The notes beneath the pieces were generated by a model, which was given only the letters and a program-made list of their open reading frames with translations, made no database searches and was not told where the DNA came from. Shown piece by piece: positions 45,615-54,158 of a DNA stretch of 64,000 nucleotides (within the stretch, counting starts at the first letter, position 1; each line of letters opens with the position of its first letter). The position numbers were made by a program, and so were the translations under genes. The stretch is from a virus (Duplodnaviria > Caudoviricetes). The stretch is taken from positions 1 to 64,000 of the IMG/VR virus record IMGVR_UViG_3300037419_001546. One strand, 5' to 3'.

Positions 45615-46052
45615 ATGACGAGAGCGCACGCGGTGGGAAGGATCCCGGAGATCACGCTTCACCACCGGCTTCGAATTGCACGAGAGACCGCCGGCCTCGA
45701 TCAGGGGCAGCTCGCGGAGATGGTGGGGGTCAGTCGCAACTCGATCGGTAACGCCGAATCGGGCAAGCACGCGCCCCGGAAAATCCTGATCAACGCATGG
45801 GCACTCGCTACGGGCGTGCCTGCGTACTGGCTTGAAACAGGAGAAACCCCCCACCCGAATGGACCGGGTGAGGGGTCGTTGCTCCCCCATCTGGACTCGA
45901 ACCAGAAACCTGCCGGTTTACAGCCTCAGCGCTCTGACCAGCACGTTTTCGAGAACGTTTTCCCACTTCCGGGAACACCCTCGCGTAACCGGCCCGCGGC
46001 CGCTTCTCCGGCCCGTGTGAGCTCCGCCACGTCGGAGGTGGCGGCAGCATGA
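45615..46052 (+). CDS. Immunity repressor, long (attP/virion) form with att core inside and C-terminal ...EVAAA
   Basis: XRE HTH HRLRIARETAGLDQGQLAEMVGVSRNSIGNAESG; tRNA-derived core within the ORF; BPs-type architecture. Confidence 0.88.
   Translation: MTRAHAVGRIPEITLHHRLRIARETAGLDQGQLAEMVGVSRNSIGNAESGKHAPRKILINAWALATGVPAYWLETGETPHPNGPGEGSLLPHLDSNQKPAGLQPQRSDQHVFENVFPLPGTPSRNRPAAASPARVSSATSEVAAA
45846..45876 (-). terminator. Intrinsic terminator for the reconstituted tRNA
   Basis: 12-bp stem ACCCCTCACCCG/CGGGTGGGGGGT followed by TTCT, just 3' of the tRNA half on the minus strand. Confidence 0.7.
45881..45925 (-). other. att common core: 3' half of a tRNA-Asn-like gene (attP-type site)
   Basis: Minus strand GGCTGTAAACCGGCAGGTTTCTGGTTCGAGTCCAGATGGGGGAGC: anticodon loop, T-arm and acceptor 3' strand; no D-arm or 5' half. 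Confidence 0.85.
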
Positions 46053-46234
46053 GGACGAGCACACCCGCACTTGCCATTGCGCGGCAAGGCGATATCTGGC
46101 CCGGTCGCTATAGCGACATCGATGCGGCGTGGCGGACTGCGGACTGGTGCACAAAGCATTACGCCGGCGCGCCTTTCCGTGTGATCGATATCCGGACCGG
46201 CGAGCTGACTCAGCGCAAGGCGGTCGCGGCATGA
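46049..46234 (+). CDS. Small hypothetical protein coupled to the long repressor
   Basis: ATGA overlap with the repressor stop. Confidence 0.55.
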   Translation: MRTSTPALAIARQGDIWPGRYSDIDAAWRTADWCTKHYAGAPFRVIDIRTGELTQRKAVAA

Positions 46235-46518
46235 GCGCCCCCGCCGTGACCGTCCTCGACTTCGCAACCGAGGCCGCGGCGATCGACGATGCGCGCGAAG
46301 CGGCCCACGCTGGGCTGCGGGCGGCGAACGTGCGCGGTGTCACCGGCGACGATCTCGATGCTTTCAGCGGCGCAATGGAATCGGTGCAGCAGCGGTGCGA
46401 GATCCTGCGCCGCGCGTTCTACCCGCGCCGAGCTCAGCTGTGGATCGGGAACGGCACGGCGATGACGCTCTCGGCGACCGGCCGGTCGCGCCGGATCGTC
46501 TGGCAGCGCCCGCGATGA
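46231..46518 (+). CDS. Small hypothetical protein
   Basis: ATGA overlap; MSAPAVTVLDF... Confidence 0.55.
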   Translation: MSAPAVTVLDFATEAAAIDDAREAAHAGLRAANVRGVTGDDLDAFSGAMESVQQRCEILRRAFYPRRAQLWIGNGTAMTLSATGRSRRIVWQRPR

Positions 46519-46781
46519 CCACCGTGCTCACGCCCGGCGGTCCGATCCCGCAGCGGACGCTGTTCGCGATGGCGCGCCTCAGCGCGGTCGAGGCGCACAA
46601 CGAACTCGACGATGCGGCCGCGTGGCTCGACAGCGAGACCATCGGCGGCCGACTGCCGGCGGTCGCTGCGCTCGCGCGTCTCAACGCGATCCAGAAGCTC
46701 GCCCGTGCGGCTGACCTCATCAATGAGGCGGCCGCCGATCTCGACAGCGCGACCGAGTACTACCGGCGAACGCTCCGGTAG
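46515..46781 (+). CDS. Small helical hypothetical protein
   Basis: ATGA overlap; MTTVLTPGG... Confidence 0.55.
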   Translation: MTTVLTPGGPIPQRTLFAMARLSAVEAHNELDDAAAWLDSETIGGRLPAVAALARLNAIQKLARAADLINEAAADLDSATEYYRRTLR

Positions 46782-46825
46782 CCGCGGTAATAACGATCTT
46801 GCTCCGATTGGACAACGGTCCAGGG

Positions 46826-46860
46826 ATCCCCTAATTGGAGTAGTACAACAATTAGGGGAT
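46826..46860. promoter_or_regulatory. Perfect 12-bp inverted repeat in an AT-rich region upstream of int
   Basis: ATCCCCTAATTG-11 nt-CAATTAGGGGAT. Confidence 0.55.
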
Positions 46861-46967
46861 GGATCGAACCGAACGTTAAACCAATTCAGACAATTCACAC
46901 CAATCGCAAAGAAATTCAACGACGAATTTCGGGCGCGGTTGGTTTTCATATATACGGCGGATAAAAA

Positions 46968-47876
46968 ATGAGCAACATTGTCGAAATTCGTTACTCACGC
47001 TCAAAAGGTCAACTAAAACCGATCACTATGACCGGTAACTGTATGTTGTCCGTTCCGCGCCAGTGGACCGGGCCCATCGAAAAGTTCGAAGAGTTCCTAC
47101 GAGCCATCGGCCGACCCAAATCTACTAGACGACTACGTATCTACCATCTCCGGCGGTTCGCCGTAGACCATCGCCGCACCCATCCATGGGAAGTGACCGA
47201 GGACAACCTCGTCACATGGATGGCAAGCCGCGACTGGGCGCCCGAAACCCGCCGATCCTATCGAGCGAGTCTGCGAGGGTTCTACTCCTGGGCCCTCGCC
47301 AAGGGACACATCACCGCCGACCCGTCCTACAACCTCCCCGCCCCCACACCGCCGCCGGCCAAGCCGCGGCCCGCGCCCGACGAAGTCGTCGACTGCGGTC
47401 TGCGGTCCGTCGACCTGCGGGTACGGGTCGCGGTCATGATCTTCGCGTTTACGGGTATGCGTAGACATGAGGCGGCGAAGATGCACACCGACGATCTGAT
47501 CTCACGCTCGGACGGCTGGTACGTCCGAGTCGTCGGAAAGGGCGGCCGGGTGCGGCTGATCCCGGTCGATGATCTGTTCGCTTCGGCGATCCGGTCGATG
47601 CCGCCGGGGTTCATCTTTCCGGGCAAGATCGACGGGCACATCAGCGCGAACCACCTCGGCAAGATCGTCTCCCGGGACCTGCCCGGCGACTGGACGGCGC
47701 ACACGCTGCGCCACCGGTTCGCGAGCCTGGCGTACTCCATCGAGCGCGACATTCGTGCCGTGCAGGAGCTGCTGGGACACGCCAAGGTAACCACCACTCA
47801 GATCTACACTTTCGTTCCGGAAGAAAGCTTGCGCCGCGCCGCGGCGGGCGCGAGACGCGGCCTCACCGCCGCGTAA
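46968..47876 (+). CDS. int: Tyrosine integrase (true start may be 47028 or 47043)
   Basis: R (GMRRHE), K (VGKGG), HxxR (HTLRHRF), H (LGHA), Y (TTQIY); ends GLTAA. Confidence 0.93.
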   Translation: MSNIVEIRYSRSKGQLKPITMTGNCMLSVPRQWTGPIEKFEEFLRAIGRPKSTRRLRIYHLRRFAVDHRRTHPWEVTEDNLVTWMASRDWAPETRRSYRASLRGFYSWALAKGHITADPSYNLPAPTPPPAKPRPAPDEVVDCGLRSVDLRVRVAVMIFAFTGMRRHEAAKMHTDDLISRSDGWYVRVVGKGGRVRLIPVDDLFASAIRSMPPGFIFPGKIDGHISANHLGKIVSRDLPGDWTAHTLRHRFASLAYSIERDIRAVQELLGHAKVTTTQIYTFVPEESLRRAAAGARRGLTAA

Positions 47877-47889
47877 CAGAATAAAGAAT

Positions 47890-47922
47890 CCGCCCCGGGC
47901 TACTCCTAATAGCCCGGGGCGG
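47890..47922 (+). terminator. Terminator hairpin after int
   Basis: 13-bp stem CCGCCCCGGGCTA/TAGCCCGGGGCGG followed by TTCTGTTT. Confidence 0.8.
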
Positions 47923-48137
47923 TTCTGTTTGAGGTGTACGGACACCCTCAAACAGGGCACAGTGTAAACAGCAATGTCAAGGTTGCGGGGTAATAGTCGC
48001 AGGTCTTTACGTTGTCCTAACATGACAGCATGATTGGCCCGGCGGTCCTCCGGTACGGTTGACGGCGCACCTTCCCAACGTGCACATGCAACGGCCCGCA
48101 CACCTTCACCGGTATGCGGGCCGTCTCGCGTGTCGGG

Positions 48138-48395
48138 TCAGCTCTCGCGCGGATCCTTCCAAGGGCCGTCCGGGCCGGTAGCGCCTGGCGGCCGCCACGG
48201 CTTCGAACCGGCTGCCCGGCGGGCCATCGTCGCCGCCTCGCGCCCGGTCCGGCCGGACTGCTCGAGGACAGCGAGATCGACACCGCCGCTCTTGCTGGCG
48301 ACGAGGGTGATCAGCTCGTCGGTGGCATCCTGCAGTTCCTGCTGCGCCCGGGCCACGCGCTCGTATGCGGCTGCGATCGCGTCATCGGTGCTCAT
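48138..48395 (-). CDS. Small hypothetical protein coupled to the XRE-TPR gene
   Basis: ATGA overlap; MSTDDAIAAAYERV... Confidence 0.55.
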   Translation of the reverse strand: MSTDDAIAAAYERVARAQQELQDATDELITLVASKSGGVDLAVLEQSGRTGREAATMARRAAGSKPWRPPGATGPDGPWKDPRES

Positions 48396-49645
48396 GCGCG
48401 CATGATATCGCGGGCGTTCAGGCGAGCGTCGAGCGCGCGCACCGGCTTCGACCCCGCCCACGGCGAGAGCTGGCGCCGCGCGTCGAGGATCGCGCGTGCC
48501 AGCCGCGGCGACCGGTTACGGTCGGTCAGCTCCGCCGCCTCACCGACCATCGCGGCCGCTTCCTCGATCTCGCCCAGCTGAATGAGCGAGCGCTGCAGCT
48601 CCAGCATCGACAGCGCCCGATCACGCGGCCGTGTCGGATCCAGCAGCGCGACCGCCCGGCGCGAGGCCTCGGCCGCTGGCCGCGCGTCGCCGAGCATGGT
48701 GAGGCATCCGCCCCAGAACGCGTCGAGCATGGCGGGCCCGGTGAAGTACGCGCGCGATTCAGCCGGCGTGGCCGGACCGAGATCGGCCGCCGCCTTGGAT
48801 GCCGATTCGAGCGCCTTCGTGCTCGCCTCGCCCTGCGCCGAGAGCGCGGCCGCCTCGGCGAGCCGCAGATCGACGTACGCGCGCAGATGACGGTCTCCGG
48901 ACTGCGCGACCCACGATTGCGCCGCGACCGCGTGATCCATCGCGATGCGCGGTGAACGGTCCTGCCAGATCGCGAGCTGCGACAGATGGCACAGCATATA
49001 CGCGGACAGGTCGGAATCTTCTGCCTCGTGGGCGATCTCGCGCGCCTGCTGATACATCGTCGCCGCGCGACCGTAGTCGCCGCGGTCCCAGGCGAGGCAC
49101 CCTGCGAAGCCGACCCACTCGCCGTGCAGCGAAAGCAGTTCGGGCCGTAGCGATTCCGGGCATTCACGCAGCATCGTCTCGGTGAGCGCCAGCTGCGCGT
49201 CGGCCATGCCTTGCGCTGCCGGTGAGCCCATCGAATCGTCGAGGGTCATCGCCGCGTGCAGCGTGGTGCGCACATGCGACAGCGCCCACTCGTCGGGCCG
49301 GCCGGATCCAGCGGCCAGCGCCGCGGCCCGTGCCGGGTCGGCCATCGCGGCGGCGCCGACAGCTGCAGCGCTGGCGGTGGTGGCGATGAATGTGCGTCGG
49401 TCCACGTCGTTCTCCTCGTTTCCGAGCAACTTCTGCTCGAAGACGGCTACGACACTGTCCGGCGCGGAGGCCAGCAACGTATCGAGGTCGGCCTGATTGG
49501 CCCATCCGATCGGGTTGCCGGCCTCCCACCGCTGGACGGTGCGCAAGGTGGTTCCGAGCTTGGCTGCAAATTTGGACTGACTCAGCCGGTACGCGTCGCG
49601 TAGCGCGCGTGATTCCGTGCCGGTCCAAGAAACGACGGTAGTCAT
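48392..49645 (-). CDS. XRE HTH plus helical/TPR-like regulator (actinobacterial type)
   Basis: WTG.E.RALR.A..LSQ..FA..LG...RTV.RWE.G, then VDRRTF and helical repeats. Confidence 0.8.
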   Translation of the reverse strand: MTTVVSWTGTESRALRDAYRLSQSKFAAKLGTTLRTVQRWEAGNPIGWANQADLDTLLASAPDSVVAVFEQKLLGNEENDVDRRTFIATTASAAAVGAAAMADPARAAALAAGSGRPDEWALSHVRTTLHAAMTLDDSMGSPAAQGMADAQLALTETMLRECPESLRPELLSLHGEWVGFAGCLAWDRGDYGRAATMYQQAREIAHEAEDSDLSAYMLCHLSQLAIWQDRSPRIAMDHAVAAQSWVAQSGDRHLRAYVDLRLAEAAALSAQGEASTKALESASKAAADLGPATPAESRAYFTGPAMLDAFWGGCLTMLGDARPAAEASRRAVALLDPTRPRDRALSMLELQRSLIQLGEIEEAAAMVGEAAELTDRNRSPRLARAILDARRQLSPWAGSKPVRALDARLNARDIMRA

Positions 49646-49812
49646 GCGGCACCCCTCGCAATAGTGGTCCACTTCACCATAACGCAGGCATGTCGTATCT
49701 ACGTCGTATTCACGTCGTAGGGGTTGGGCCGAAAGTCATGTGTACGCCCCGCCGCCGGGCGCCGCAAGCCTCGACGGCGGGTGCGCATCACACTGCACGG
49801 GAAGGCAGCCAC

Positions 49813-50136
49813 ATGCACACCACCAGCGCGAACCGTACCGCAATCGCGGTGCTGCGCATCGAAATCCGGGGTGGAAACGACGAGCGCGACATGCGCGAGA
49901 TCGGCACGAAACTCGGCTACGACGTCGACGAGCAGCTCGTCGCGATCGACCCGCACTCCGAGGCCCCGCTGAAAACCGTCATGAAGGCGTTGCGCGCCAC
50001 CGGCGCGACCGCGGTCATCGTGCCCGATATCGACCACATCGACGGCATCGACCACCAGATCCACGAACGCGCGCTCATCGTCACCGTGGAAGGTGAGCGC
50101 GTCCTCGAGCGCGCCGCCACCGGGGCGGCAGCATGA
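49813..50136 (+). CDS. Small alpha/beta (resolvase-N-like) hypothetical protein
   Basis: RBS GGAAGG; ATAVIVPDIDHI. Confidence 0.6.
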   Translation: MHTTSANRTAIAVLRIEIRGGNDERDMREIGTKLGYDVDEQLVAIDPHSEAPLKTVMKALRATGATAVIVPDIDHIDGIDHQIHERALIVTVEGERVLERAATGAAA

Positions 50137-50468
50137 GTGGCGCCGAGATTGTGGTGACCGCCGCCATCGCTGTCGTCTGTCTCGGCATCGTCGCTGTGTT
50201 CGTCCTCGGCGACATCCGGGCCAGCCGCGACGACCTGCCGCTCCAGTCGGGGTCGCACGCCCTGGCGCCGATCGCCCCAGCATCACACCACCGCGCGCGG
50301 CAGCTGCCGCCGGAATGGCGTTGCGCCCCACTGCGTTCACCCATGACGATCCGGCGGGCTCAGTTCGAGATGCAGGACCACAAGCACTGCTCCCTCGACG
50401 CGTGCCCGCGCAAGAATCAGGCGCACGCCCTACTGGTGTTCTCCGGCAAGATCATCCCGCAGCGATGA
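50133..50468 (+). CDS. Membrane-anchored protein with His/Cys motif
   Basis: N-terminal TM helix; H..C....C.RK..A. Confidence 0.6.
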   Translation: MSGAEIVVTAAIAVVCLGIVAVFVLGDIRASRDDLPLQSGSHALAPIAPASHHRARQLPPEWRCAPLRSPMTIRRAQFEMQDHKHCSLDACPRKNQAHALLVFSGKIIPQR

Positions 50469-50716
50469 GCGAGCCGTCGTACATCGGCTACCTGCACACC
50501 GACGACGGTGTGTGCATCGTCGGGCCGGACGGATTCCCCGACACCGCCGCCCACATGCCAGAGCTGGCCGACGACGAAACCCCCGCCCTGGGTGTGCCGA
50601 CGATCGACGTCTCCCCGGAATCGGTGATCGACACCGAAACCGGGCCGCCCAATAAAGCTCCCGCCTGTACGGTCCGGTCACGCTCGCAGTGCCGGGGCGT
50701 GGCCGAAGGCGGGTAG
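50465..50716 (+). CDS. Small hypothetical protein
   Basis: ATGA overlap. Confidence 0.45.
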   Translation: MSEPSYIGYLHTDDGVCIVGPDGFPDTAAHMPELADDETPALGVPTIDVSPESVIDTETGPPNKAPACTVRSRSQCRGVAEGG

Positions 50717-50825
50717 AGGGATCGTCGGAGCGCTTCGAGCGGCCGGCGATCCCGCTGAGGATTCTCACGCACGACACGTCACTGCCCCCTGCAATGTCGA
50801 GCGTGAGAACCACCCTCAACACAGA

Positions 50826-50868
50826 AAGCCGCCCCACTCGAATCGGTGAGATTCGGGTGGGGCGGCTT
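50826..50868. terminator. 19-bp hairpin terminator (U-tract on the minus side)
   Basis: AAGCCGCCCCACTCGAATC/GATTCGGGTGGGGCGGCTT. Confidence 0.75.
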
Positions 50869-50906
50869 CGTGTTAACGCATCACCCGCTGCGGCGATACT
50901 GGGTGC

Positions 50907-51353
50907 GTGAAGAGACTGCTCGCGGTCGGCGCCCTGGCGATGTGCACCGCAGTGGCGGCCGGCTGTTCCTCCAGCTCGAGCGCGCCTGCCACTACACCTA
51001 CCGCCGCCGCAACGAGCGACGAGGATATGGCCCGCGAAATTGCGTTGAGCGTGTACGGCAAGGACTTCGGCGACGTTGCGCACCCCGATGACTTCGTCTC
51101 GGCGGTAGTCGACACCGCCCGCAACGGCTGCAACATCTTGCGTAACACCGCGGACATGGACCTTCTGCCGCTGACACCGACCGCGGACAGCAAGAACATG
51201 GTGTCGTCGCTGCTGCAGAGACTGTCCAGTGATAGTCACCTCACCGAGCAGCAGGAACGCAACGATCTATGGGTGATCGCGAAACATCGGTGCCCGCAAT
51301 ACTCAGCAGCCCTCGGCGCCCACTACGACGCTATTCCAGTCGCAGCTCGTTGA
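50907..51353 (+). CDS. Lipoprotein
   Basis: Signal peptide with lipobox VAAGC, then a Ser/Thr linker. Confidence 0.8.
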   Translation: MKRLLAVGALAMCTAVAAGCSSSSSAPATTPTAAATSDEDMAREIALSVYGKDFGDVAHPDDFVSAVVDTARNGCNILRNTADMDLLPLTPTADSKNMVSSLLQRLSSDSHLTEQQERNDLWVIAKHRCPQYSAALGAHYDAIPVAAR

Positions 51354-52098
51354 TGGCCTCGGCCATCCGATGGCAGTACATGCCCTCGATGTAGGTGCGG
51401 ATGTGATCCTGCCCGGACAGGTAGCCGACTACCTGCCGCGCGGCCTCGTCGTAGATCCGCCACGTCTCGGCCGGATGGCGCCACCAGTCCCACGTGATCG
51501 GCTGGAACCGCCGACGGCGCAGCCGGTCGACGAGATCCTGTGACCAGCCGCCGATCTCGGCGAAGCTGAACGCACTCATGCCGTCAGCGATGCCGCGCAG
51601 TGGTGAGCCGGCCGCGCACGAGGTGATCACATCGTTCGGGTTGGCGTACTCGAGGTGGATGTGCCCAGCAGGGAAGTCACCGTGCGGGCCGTTGATCCCG
51701 TAGCCGCGGGCGCCGGAGTCGACCGAGTCCCCTTCGCGCCGCGCCGGATTGGCCAGGCACGCCGTGAACGCCACCTGGCACTCAGGGAACAGGCCGGCGG
51801 CCTTGGCCTCCATGAATGCGTCGACCACGAGAGCGCCGAGACTGTACCCGATGACACCGACAAGGTTCGGTGTCGCACGGATCATCGCCGACAGCGCGGT
51901 CAGCCCGATCTCGATCGAGGTGGCCTCACTCGCACCGGCCGGGCCCGCGCCGACCGGGCCGACCGTCGCCGGGTACGGGCAGTCGCCGAGATACCGGAAT
52001 TTCTCCGGGTCGAGCTCGCGGACGACGTTGCGGAGCATAGCGTTCGGCGCGCCCAGCTGCTCGCCCGTGCCGCGGACAGTGATGATGTCTATGGTCAC
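51331..52098 (-). CDS. lysB: LysB-like alpha/beta hydrolase (cutinase/PE-PPE fold)
   Basis: VRGTGE, GYSLG (GxSxG), LANPAR..G, YANP.DVI. Confidence 0.75.
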   Translation of the reverse strand: MTIDIITVRGTGEQLGAPNAMLRNVVRELDPEKFRYLGDCPYPATVGPVGAGPAGASEATSIEIGLTALSAMIRATPNLVGVIGYSLGALVVDAFMEAKAAGLFPECQVAFTACLANPARREGDSVDSGARGYGINGPHGDFPAGHIHLEYANPNDVITSCAAGSPLRGIADGMSAFSFAEIGGWSQDLVDRLRRRRFQPITWDWWRHPAETWRIYDEAARQVVGYLSGQDHIRTYIEGMYCHRMAEAINELRLE

Positions 52099-53363
52099 GG
52101 GAGCGCCGCCACCAGCTCGGTAGCCATACGCTGATGCCCCAGCCAGCTGGGGTGAATCGTGTCTGTGGTGTAGTCGGGCCACAGCGCGGTGCTGCTGGTT
52201 CCGCGCATCGCGCCCGCGAAATCCACCACGCCGTTGCAGAATCCGGGCTGCGAGCCGATCCAGTCGTTGTAGGCCAGGCGCACGCTGTCGCCGGTCGACG
52301 TCCGGGATATGACGGTGCCCAGATACACGGATCCGGTGAAGCCGTAGGTCGTTTGCAGCCTGCTGACCAGAGTCCGAACCGACGCCTGTAGCCCCGCCAA
52401 GGTCGCGGACGCGCCGAAGATGTCGTTGCTGCCGCCGCAGATCAGCACCTCATCGAGAGTGAATGTGCCGAGGGCCAGCCGGTCCCAGATGTGCGCGACG
52501 CTGGCGTTCGAGAGAGCCGTCGCATAGTCCGAGAGTTTCCAGCCAGCCAACGACATGTTCACGATCAACCGGTTCGTCGCGGCGGCCCACAGGTAGACGT
52601 TGCCCTTCCACAATGGAGTCGGCACGATGCTCGCCGAAGTGGTTCCCTTCGCGCCGGCGATCGGCTCGAAGATGCTGTCGCCGATCACCAGGCACACCTT
52701 GCGGCGGCTGGTCGTCTGGTACTCGATGATCACGTCGAACGGTACGGAGGTGACAGTGCCGCCCGAACCGGCGACAGTGGGGTCCGTGGCTGAGGTCGAG
52801 TTGGACCAGGTCCACGCCTTCCCGGCGCCGGTCTGCACTGCGGTCGACGATGCGAATGTCCACCCGAAGGCCACCAGAAACTCGGTGTTCGCGGTGAACA
52901 GTCCCGGGCCACTGGTCACCAACGGAGCGTTGTAGTAGGACCCGTCTCCGGGGATCGTCTGATCCGTGGAGACGATCGTCGTCGCCGTATTGCCCGAGAA
53001 GCTGCCCGTCTCCGCGCCGGTGTTGTCGCTGCTCGACGGCGGGCTGTGCAGGCCGACAACCAACTTCTTGAGTGTGGCAGCGGTTTTCGCCGTCTCGGCC
53101 GTATCGCGGTTCCGGATCATCAGACGCCACTGCGTCACATCCACCGGCAGCTTCACTACGAACCGCGTGCTGCCAGCCGTCCCCGCCGCCAACGATGAGG
53201 TGACCGTGCCGCCGAGGCCGCCGTTGCTGTGCCGCAATGTACGGGTGACAGGCGGCCCGCCGTACAGGTCTTCGATTCCAGCCTCGATGCGGTTGAGCTG
53301 GACGGCCGTGATCGGCGTTGCCGTCGACGGCTCGCTCTCCCAGATTGTGCGGGACCACGACAT
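52095..53363 (-). CDS. Tail-associated SGNH/GDSL hydrolase
   Basis: VIGDSI, GGSNDI, DTIHP; N-terminal TPITAVQLNRIEAGI fibre-type motif. Confidence 0.88.
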   Translation of the reverse strand: MSWSRTIWESEPSTATPITAVQLNRIEAGIEDLYGGPPVTRTLRHSNGGLGGTVTSSLAAGTAGSTRFVVKLPVDVTQWRLMIRNRDTAETAKTAATLKKLVVGLHSPPSSSDNTGAETGSFSGNTATTIVSTDQTIPGDGSYYNAPLVTSGPGLFTANTEFLVAFGWTFASSTAVQTGAGKAWTWSNSTSATDPTVAGSGGTVTSVPFDVIIEYQTTSRRKVCLVIGDSIFEPIAGAKGTTSASIVPTPLWKGNVYLWAAATNRLIVNMSLAGWKLSDYATALSNASVAHIWDRLALGTFTLDEVLICGGSNDIFGASATLAGLQASVRTLVSRLQTTYGFTGSVYLGTVISRTSTGDSVRLAYNDWIGSQPGFCNGVVDFAGAMRGTSSTALWPDYTTDTIHPSWLGHQRMATELVAALP

Positions 53364-54158
53364 TTACGGCGCTCCTGGATACAGGTCAGGCGACGGATAC
53401 AGCCCTGACGATGGGTAAGGGACGAGCACACCGACACGGGCGGGCGGGATCATCGCCGCGGTTGCGGTCATCGGCGGGACTATGACGGTCGCGCCGGCCC
53501 GTACAGTCGGGACGAGCATTGCGGCCGTTGCGGCGGCTGTCGGCGAGGTGAGCGTTGCACCGGCCGACACGGCAGGCGCGATGAATTCGGCGCTACCTTG
53601 CATGGCGGGCGCGGCAACGGTCGCGCCGGCGTGCACCGTCGGCGGCAGCATGTCCGCGAATGCGGACATGGCCGGTACCACGATGAGAGCGCCAGCTGTC
53701 ACCGCTGCCGGTGGCAACATCTCCGCAGTCGCGGTCATAGGGGGCGGTGTCACGATGCCGATATCGACTTGCGTTGTCGGCGCATACATTTCGGCGGTGG
53801 CCGTCATCGGTGGCACGAGCACCGTCACGGGCACGGTCACTGTCGGCGCCAGCATGGCAGCAGAGGCCGTCATCGGCGGGGCCAGGACCACAGCGCCACC
53901 GATCACCGTGGGGGGCAGCATGTCGGCCGTGGCCGCCATGCGCGGCACTGCGATCGTGCGGCCCGCGTGCAGCACCGGGGTCGGCATCGCCGCGGCGGCC
54001 CGCATGACCGGCGCGAAAATGAGCGCCGGCACCGTGCCGTCGAACAACAGCGTGTCGCCGAGGTAGACGCGCACCACCTGATGCACGACCCCCTCGGCGT
54101 CGACCCAGCGCAGGAATACCGGGGCGGCGCCGCGGCGATACAGTGCCGATTCCGGCAT
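53364..54158 (-). CDS. Minor tail protein with ~20-aa repeats
   Basis: PPMTATA.MLPPTV repeats; ends LYPSPDLYPGAP. Confidence 0.7.
   Translation of the reverse strand: MPESALYRRGAAPVFLRWVDAEGVVHQVVRVYLGDTLLFDGTVPALIFAPVMRAAAAMPTPVLHAGRTIAVPRMAATADMLPPTVIGGAVVLAPPMTASAAMLAPTVTVPVTVLVPPMTATAEMYAPTTQVDIGIVTPPPMTATAEMLPPAAVTAGALIVVPAMSAFADMLPPTVHAGATVAAPAMQGSAEFIAPAVSAGATLTSPTAAATAAMLVPTVRAGATVIVPPMTATAAMIPPARVGVLVPYPSSGLYPSPDLYPGAP

Larger units (their letters stand above)
1..45900 (-). mobile_element. Prophage A (siphovirus; left end outside window): tail, lysis, head, packaging, accessory island, early genes, Cro/repressor
   Basis: Continuous lambda-like gene order on the minus strand (terminase, portal, capsid, tail, TMP, minor tails); right boundary taken at the att core in the repressor gene. 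Confidence 0.9.

Noticed and set aside
45881-45925. tRNA-Tyr gene (GTA anticodon)
   Set aside because: No 5' half or D-arm. The short variable loop and GGGGGAG end fit tRNA-Asn, not the long-arm bacterial tRNA-Tyr. It is an att core.
47960-48040. Sigma-70-like promoter elements (TTGACA, TACACT on minus; TTTACG-17-CATGAT on plus)
   Set aside because: Spacing is wrong on the minus strand and the plus-strand match has no evident downstream gene; too weak to report.
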